NCBI RefSeq assembly: GCF_003918875.1
Contig: NW_025767577.1
Coordinates: forward strand, 310,001-374,000
Reading direction: 5' to 3'
DNA length: 64,000 bases
Origin: Haliotis rubra
Taxonomy: Eukaryota
Below, piece after piece: positions 57,360 through 64,000 of the stretch. The translations under genes and the position numbers were made by a program. The stretch's first letter is position 1, and each line of letters opens with the position of its first letter. The notes beneath the pieces are model-generated. The model did no database searches. It was not told the DNA's origin and saw only the letters and a program-made list of their open reading frames with translations.

Positions 57360-58337
57360 TGATGGTGAATTCAAGTTTTACGTCGGTTTCTGGCTGTAGC
57401 CTATGTCGCCGACAGGGTACGTGGCCGCTAATGTATTAAATATTATGTTTATAATAGGGAATAAAGCACCATACCCCCCCAAAATGTACATGAAGGGGCG
57501 ACAACTTATCTTGAAGTTAGAAGGAAAACGTTATGATAATAAAATACATAAAAAACGAAATTAGGAAGGGAAATTAAAAATAAAATAGTTTAATTTAGTT
57601 AATCGAGATGTGTTGAGTAAAGAACTAAATTGATAGAGATAATAAGGGGAGGGGGCTAAGGGGCGGGGCGGGGATTGATATAGCACAGTTGGACCTTTGT
57701 ATTTAGAAACAGTTAAGCTGTTTGTGACATAATAAGGGGTAAAGACAAGACAAAGGGTTTAACGGGGGCGGGAGTGGGCATTGGAGCAGCGACGAAGGCA
57801 GGCTGCTTGGGAGGCAGGAAGTAGCTTGGGTGAGTGGCTTTGACATTAGGGGAACGGGAGGCCTTGACAGTGGGTTTGTTGTTACAGGTTACACAACACC
57901 AAATGTATTCTCATAGACCTCTATAGTAACCTTATATTTTTTTCAAAATTATCCACGCTATCAACAGCCATTCCAGGTACACATGGATACAGTCAGGCCT
58001 TTAAACTACAATAAAACACAATTTCTGGCCAGGAAGCGGAACACATCAACCCCAGTTCCGCACCAAATGTCACCTACTGGAAAATATCTGTACACACAAT
58101 AAGCATAAGTGATGGTGATAAAACTGACAGCACTAAATACTTAAAATTGTGGTCACTTTTAATTACTGGATGGATGTGCTAAAAAAGCATAAACATCACA
58201 AACTATTTCATCCAATCACAGCTGTCACATGTCTCTGTCTCTTCAGTTGTTTACATAAGGTTCTCGCTCAGGGAGCATGTGATTCTGATTTAGAGTAGTG
58301 GAACCTGTATGGTGGTTGAGTGTTGGCAGTGAGAGGC

Positions 58338-58660
58338 GCAGAGGAGACAGTAGCGAAGTTGCGAGACGGGAAGAGAGTTGTTGTTTGTTGTAGAAGTGGT
58401 AGGAAGGATCGCGGACCTCAGAGGAGACAGTAGCGAAGTAGCGAGACGGGAAGAGAGTTGTTGTTTGTTGTAGAAGTGGTAGGAAGGCGCGCGGACCTCA
58501 GAGGAGACAGTAGCGAAGTAGCGAGACGGGAAGAGAGTTGTTGTTTGTTGTAGAAGTGGTAGGAAGGCGCGCGGACCTCAGAGGAGACAGTAGCAAAGTA
58601 GCGAGTCGGGAAGAGAGTTGTTGTTTGTTGTAGAAGTGGTAGGAAGGCGCGCGGACCTCG
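58338..58660. repeat. Tandem repeat, 80-bp unit x4
   Basis: Units start at 58339, 58419, 58499 and 58579. Confidence 0.95.
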
Positions 58661-58848
58661 AAGAGGACAGGCGTTTGGAGATAGACTGGTAGATATAGAC
58701 AGTTGAAGGTGGGCTGTAGAGGTCAACATGAAGACGGGGGATATATATATATCCCTATATACTGACTATGCCCTGTGGTCAGAGATGACTGATTTGCTGA
58801 CTGAATTGGTAACATGTTGGTAAGATGTTCTTTCAGTCGGGTGTTGAT

Positions 58849-59095
58849 GGAGTGAAAGAACATCAGACTTCCGTTACGAATTCCTACAGCAAATCAGCCG
58901 ACTCTGATGACATCAAAGCGAGTCCAAATCATTAAAAGGAGTGGCCTGACATCATCATTCTTACTGACAATCGAACGCAAGCTCGCCGAATCCATTATAT
59001 CAAACGCCAAAAGCAAACCATCAACCGAGACATAGGATATTTCATTCCACCTGTTTATCATGCATTTCTTCACCAAGCCCAATGTACTGTGTGAA
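58849..59095 (+). mobile_element. Penelope-like GIY-YIG endonuclease C-terminal remnant
   Basis: Hand translation VKEHQTS...KSA...H*.EW...IL / RKLAESI / IKRQKQTINRDIGYFIPPVYHAFL across a frameshift. Confidence 0.65.
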
Positions 59096-59239
59096 CTCTA
59101 CTGAAAAAACATCTCCTCCTGTCTAAACTGCCTCACTGACTTGTACATCTCTGACTTCCACGCCTTTCCCATTGTCAACAGTTTACTCACTGGCTTTATC
59201 AGCCTACTGCACTGATGTTAATCATGTTGTTTCTTTGTA

Positions 59240-59767
59240 ACATTCAAAATATATACACCCCTCCTCATGTTACATTCAATATATATATACCCCTCCTCCT
59301 CATGTTACATTCAATATATATACACCGCTCCTCCTCATGTTACATTCAATATATATACACCCCTCCTCCTCATGTTACATTCAGTATATATACACCCCTC
59401 CTCCTTATGTTACATTCAAGATATATACACCCCTCCTCCTCATGTTACATTCAATATATATACACCCCTCCTCATGTTACATTCAATATATATACACCCC
59501 TCCTCATGTTACATTCAATATATATACACCCCTCCTCATGTTACATTCAATATATATACACCGCTCCTCCTCATGTTACATTCAATATACATACACCCCT
59601 CCTCCTCATGTTACATTCAGTATATATACACCCCTCCTCCTTATGTTACATTCAAGATATATACACCGCTCCTCCTCATGTAACATTCAATATATATAGA
59701 CCCCTCCTCCTCATGTTACAGTCAATATATATACACCCCTCCTCCTCATGTTACATTCAATATATAT
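59240..59767. repeat. Minisatellite, about 34-37-bp unit (cctcctcatgttacattcaatatatatacacc)
   Basis: Direct tandem repeats. Confidence 0.95.
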
Positions 59768-59989
59768 CCAGTAGTAGTAGAGTGGGGGTTCTGCAGCAGA
59801 TGCGGCTTAGAGGCTTATTTGTGGCAATTAAGCCTCCAAGCCACCCTTAAAAACGGCGATGGTCTATTGAGAAGCATCTAGTTGCTAAGCCAAACAAAGA
59901 AAGCGGCCGAGCTTAGTAACGGGGTTTGGACTGTTTTTTTTCTCTTTGCTGTGACGCTATGACGCAGCCGATTCGGTCGTCACAGATTT

Positions 59990-60640
59990 CATTTAAATGG
60001 CTTCGACGGGTCTTTTATCGAGGAGTCGAGTGACTTCGTTGTTGTTCGCCGACACCACTCACGGTAAGCGTACGACCCATTCTGTCGATCGTTTTTCTGG
60101 GTTGGTCATCTCTTGGGCATACTGATGTCCGAACAAACGCTCAGCTAAAGTCTTGTTGAATCTTTCGACAATGGATTGGCTTCGGTGAGCTCCGGCCATG
60201 CCTCGTCTCACCTGGACTTCGATAACAGCTGTGACACGGCTTCCATGAACTCGCGTCCAGGATCGACTTGTAATTCGGTGAGCCAGGTCAAGTGACTGCG
60301 TTTGAAGATACGTTCTAAGGCCTTAGCGACTCAAATCTTTGGTCGTTAACGGCTCCGCTTCCTTATAGTGACTGGCAACGGTCAGGGTGTACATGTACGT
60401 TTTGTTTCTCACCCTGTCGTGCGGGAGAAACAGGAGGTCGGCTTGATGGGTACGATTGGGTATGGAAATTTCAATCTTTCTTCTCGGGATGTATCTGGGA
60501 GCCGGCAGGTACAATTGCCAGATGGCTTGTTTTTTAAGCCAAGCTTTGGCGGAATCCTCGGAGACGCGAGTGGCTTTGGCTAGCTTCGGGATGGCACCCA
60601 CACCTTTCCAGTAACCCCGAGGGCTATAGTAAACCTTCTC
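59990..60640 (-). pseudogene. Retroviral-type (rve) integrase of the Polinton, frameshifted
   Basis: WLKKQAIWQLYLPAP...HQADLLFLPHD; LQVDPGREFM; IVERFNKTLAERLF. Confidence 0.85.
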
Positions 60641-60666
60641 GATGATGTATACACTCTATCGTTCAT

Positions 60667-62818
60667 TCAATTGTGCACCACGTACTTGGTCTTGTGCATC
60701 AAGTTCGGAACGAGTTTTTCCACGTTGGCCAGCTTATTTTTTCGGGTCAACGCATGTTCATAGTCTGACATCCCGTCTCGGTTCACCGTCAACCGTTCGG
60801 GAGCCAGCAGATAGCTGTTGTGAGCAGCGTGCAGTGCCACGGGATACTCCAAATCCACTTCGAGGATGTAGCTTTTCTTCGAATCGTGGCTCGTCGAACT
60901 TGGGCCAACCGTCCATGTACTCATACGGGTACACGCCCTACCGTAACAACAAAGACCAAGTCGCCGCATCGGTGTATTGATTGGTGATGGGGAAGGTATC
61001 ATTGGCTTTGCCCAAACTGTCGAGCAACGACAGGAGGACCTGAGTGCTGTCGATAAATCTCAGACGTTTGAGCGAGAAGGAGATGTATTTTTCCATGTTG
61101 TTGGGGATGCATTTGATATCGCCCTCGATGTTCGAGATGGCTTGCATGATCAAGTGAGCATCGTACCCTCTCAAATTATGGAACACCACGGGGATGGGGA
61201 GGGTTTGGGGATTGATTCTAAGCTTGCGGTTGCACGCGTTATGGACGGCACCTCAGTATCGACCGGTGATGTGGCAATGATCTCTCACGACATCCCCGTT
61301 CAGGGGCTGGTCGCACACGTTGCAACGCTGAACCTTTTCGCGAGTGAGTTTATCCTTCGGCATCATATCCCTGGGGGCAGTGTCCGACAAAGCTTCCCTA
61401 ATTTTAGTTTCTTCATGTTGCAAGAACGTGAAAAATGTTTCGGCCACGTCCGGACCTCGGTAGATCACTGGAGTCTCAGTTTCACCATCGCATTGAACGA
61501 CCACGTACCTGAACATGCAGTCTTGGCGTTCTTGCCTTTTGTACATGAAACTGCGATTCATGTCGGGGAGCGCGACTTGGTTGACCCGTTTGATGAGTGC
61601 TTCAAAGTCGGCGTAAATGATGTAAGGCACGGGCATTTGATGTTTGCGATTGATGAACGTTAAGATGTTTTCCTGTTCTCGAGGCATGTCGATTCGGATC
61701 GCCATCCATCCCACGCCTCGGCAATCCTCCTGGTGCATTTCCAGCAGGTCTTCTCGCGTGAAACCGTGCAGGCATTGTTCGCAGAAGTGTTTCTTTTCCT
61801 TGTGGTTCGATTGGTCATACAACAGTCGACTCAGACTTTTGATCCACGGGTAGTGATACCGGTTACCTTTTTCGATGAGAAATAAATTGATTCTGCGCAC
61901 ATCATCGGGCCTTGAGCTGATTCAGTGCAAGATCGTCGGTAGACGTTGATAGCTAAACGGTTTTGTTTTTCCACCTTCGTCATTTAAGAGGTGGGTGTGG
62001 TTGCATCTACACCGTCCAAGTTCAGCCCATCATCTGCAGGATAGCTCGAAGGTCTGTTCGCCACTTTAGAATCAGCAGTGGCAGATCTCAGCACCTATCT
62101 TACACAGTCATCGTTGTTGTTTTTTAACATTCACGATGGCTTTTTTATTCTTGTGATACGGAGGCAAGTCTAGGTACGATCCGCCGCTGAACGGTACATT
62201 GTTCGCTATATCCAAATAGATGGTGTTGATACTCTCCGGAGCCCCTGTGCGTCCATCGTTCCAACGATTCTTGTATTTTTGGTAGCGAGGTATCGAGGGT
62301 CGAAGGGATCGAGTCGTATTGAAGAATGACTTTCTGCTTGCCTCTGAAGTAAGGCTCGATGGACTCGGTACTGCCATCTGTCTGCTGTTTGTTGAGTAAC
62401 ATGTTGATGGTCCACTGTTTTTTTTTATTTTTAAATCATCTAACTCTTCTTCGACTTTGCCGGCGATCAGAGGTTTGACGCTATTGACGTCGATGTTCGA
62501 CTGCACGGTTATTTTCCAGCCTCTGAGATACTTACCCACAGCATGGTCAATCGGCACGAATATCAACTCGACCGGCTCGGTGTCTTCCAACAAGGTGAGC
62601 AGTTTGGCTTACCTCATGCGAGAATAACCCTTCAATCCCTGTTCTTTAGCTCGGAGTTTGAGGTCTCGCTCGGTAGGGAGTTTGACATATTTCATGTCGA
62701 GCAAGGTGAGCAGTTGGGGTTTCCTCATGTGAGAATAACCCATCAATCCATGGCTTTTAGCGAGAGCTTTGAGTTCGCTGACGGTAGTCATGATTGCTAT
62801 ATCCACATGCAAAGTCAA
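60667..62818 (-). pseudogene. Protein-primed DNA polymerase B of the Polinton, with N-terminal Rho-N-like repeats; stops, frameshifts and deletions
   Basis: IYADFEAL, DHCHITGRY, VFHNLRGYDAHLI, LRFIDS, YILEVDLEYP, KLVPNL; TVSELKALAKSHGLMGYSHMRK-type unit twice. Confidence 0.85.
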
Positions 62819-64000
62819 ATGTCTAATTGATTAGATATATCCACATGCAAAGTCATATGTCTAATTGGTTGATTTCAAAGGGAGATAACTCCATCAGCCT
62901 TCTCTTTTTGAATTTTGAAATGAAGCGCACATAAAATCTTCTTTTTTTAACATTTTTATTCTGAGGAGTCGGTTCCGTTCGTTGAGATAACCTTGTTTCT
63001 TCTCGTAAATATGTTGGTTTAGGGCCACGTCTGCTCCGTGGGCTTTACATAAACCATAATGGCATTTCACTCCAATACCACATACCGAGCATGAGTAATT
63101 CACGAAACCCTTTGGATGGACATCATGTGTATGCTGCAGTACTCTTCGGTCCTGCATTTCTTGCCGCAAGTCTCTGCTTTTACCAGAAGCACGTATTGAC
63201 AGCGATACGGAGCGGGTCTCATATTCGCTATATGCACTTAAATATATTTTAGTCTAATTGCTTGGCGACGAATACTGTCACGGTGACGGAATAAAGCGGG
63301 TCATTTGCTAGCGAGTCGATCGGATAGTTGAAATACGAGTTTACAGTTGGTGCTTGAATTCGAAGACATGTCCGATTTTCTACAAGGGATTTTAAACAAT
63401 TCTACGCTTTATATCGAAGTCTTTCTCGGGGAGGCATCACCCGACTGAGATGTTGAAATTATACCGGGAGTAAACCTCCGTTGGCCTCGAAAATATCAAA
63501 ATCACGTGTGCTCGATTTACATACAGAAAAACGTCAACGCTTACACGAGTCTCAAAGGAATCACGATTACATTGGAGAATAAAATCGCGCTCACAAAGTG
63601 TTTTTTTTACCTCCAAGAATCCATTTCATCAGCTTAAAGTTTACGCACAAGAAATTGTCTGGGCCCAATTGAAGACACTTCCATAATAAGCACATAACCA
63701 TGGGCGACGTGTCAACCCCGAATCAAAGCGCCAGCATCGCGTTCTCCAATCTCAGGGACACACGAGGATTCGACCAACACAGGACAGAAAACGCCTTGTA
63801 CGTATTGCACTTACAAAACAACGTGTACCAACGTCGAGAAGTCATCTTCGAATTGAACTGGATCATCAATATCGTCCTACCCTTATCTCGTCATGGATGA
63901 GGATGGTGATGTCATGGAACTGAAAAATAATGGGGCTCTACTGGGTGGTTTTATTCCATTCAATGAAAAGACGGTGTACGTATCAACGTTACCAGATCAC

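Larger units (their letters stand above)
59770..64000 (-). mobile_element. Polinton/Maverick (adintovirus-like) element, decayed; terminus at 59770, continues beyond the window
   Basis: AGTAGTAGTAG terminus next to integrase and protein-primed PolB remnants. Confidence 0.85.

Noticed and set aside
59215-59850. Overlapping repeat ORFs of 120-211 aa
   Set aside because: Translations of the 34-37-bp minisatellite
60977-61663. 228-aa plus-strand ORF
   Set aside because: Antisense shadow of the Polinton PolB

Overview
Repeat-rich, AT-rich eukaryotic DNA with four assembly gaps. The SINE families and gene content suggest a mollusc, probably a gastropod such as abalone (inference). Four intron-containing host genes can be rebuilt by hand from splice signals, and the ORF track shows them only as fragments. 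(1) A minus-strand type I membrane protein with 10 coding exons (23375->8499, about 507 aa). It has a signal peptide, a mucin-like N-terminus built from microexons, one non-canonical Ig-like domain, two paralogous 100-aa four-Cys domains I cannot assign to a family, an S/T stalk, a TM helix and a short tail. All nine introns are phase 1. (2,3) A convergent inverted-duplicate pair of secreted PAN/apple + C-type-lectin-domain genes (27239-29246 +, 39886-36286 -). (4) A secreted PAN-like + Cys-motif + mucin gene (53935-57359 +). Together they look like a cluster of extracellular recognition genes. The remainder is mobile DNA: a rearranged L1/Tx1-type LINE, other LINE and Penelope relics (some with hammerhead-like motifs), Tc1 remnants, MITEs, at least four SINE families, many minisatellites, and the decayed end of a Polinton/adintovirus-like element (59770 to the window end). 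There are no prokaryotic features, CRISPR arrays or genuine tRNA/rRNA genes.
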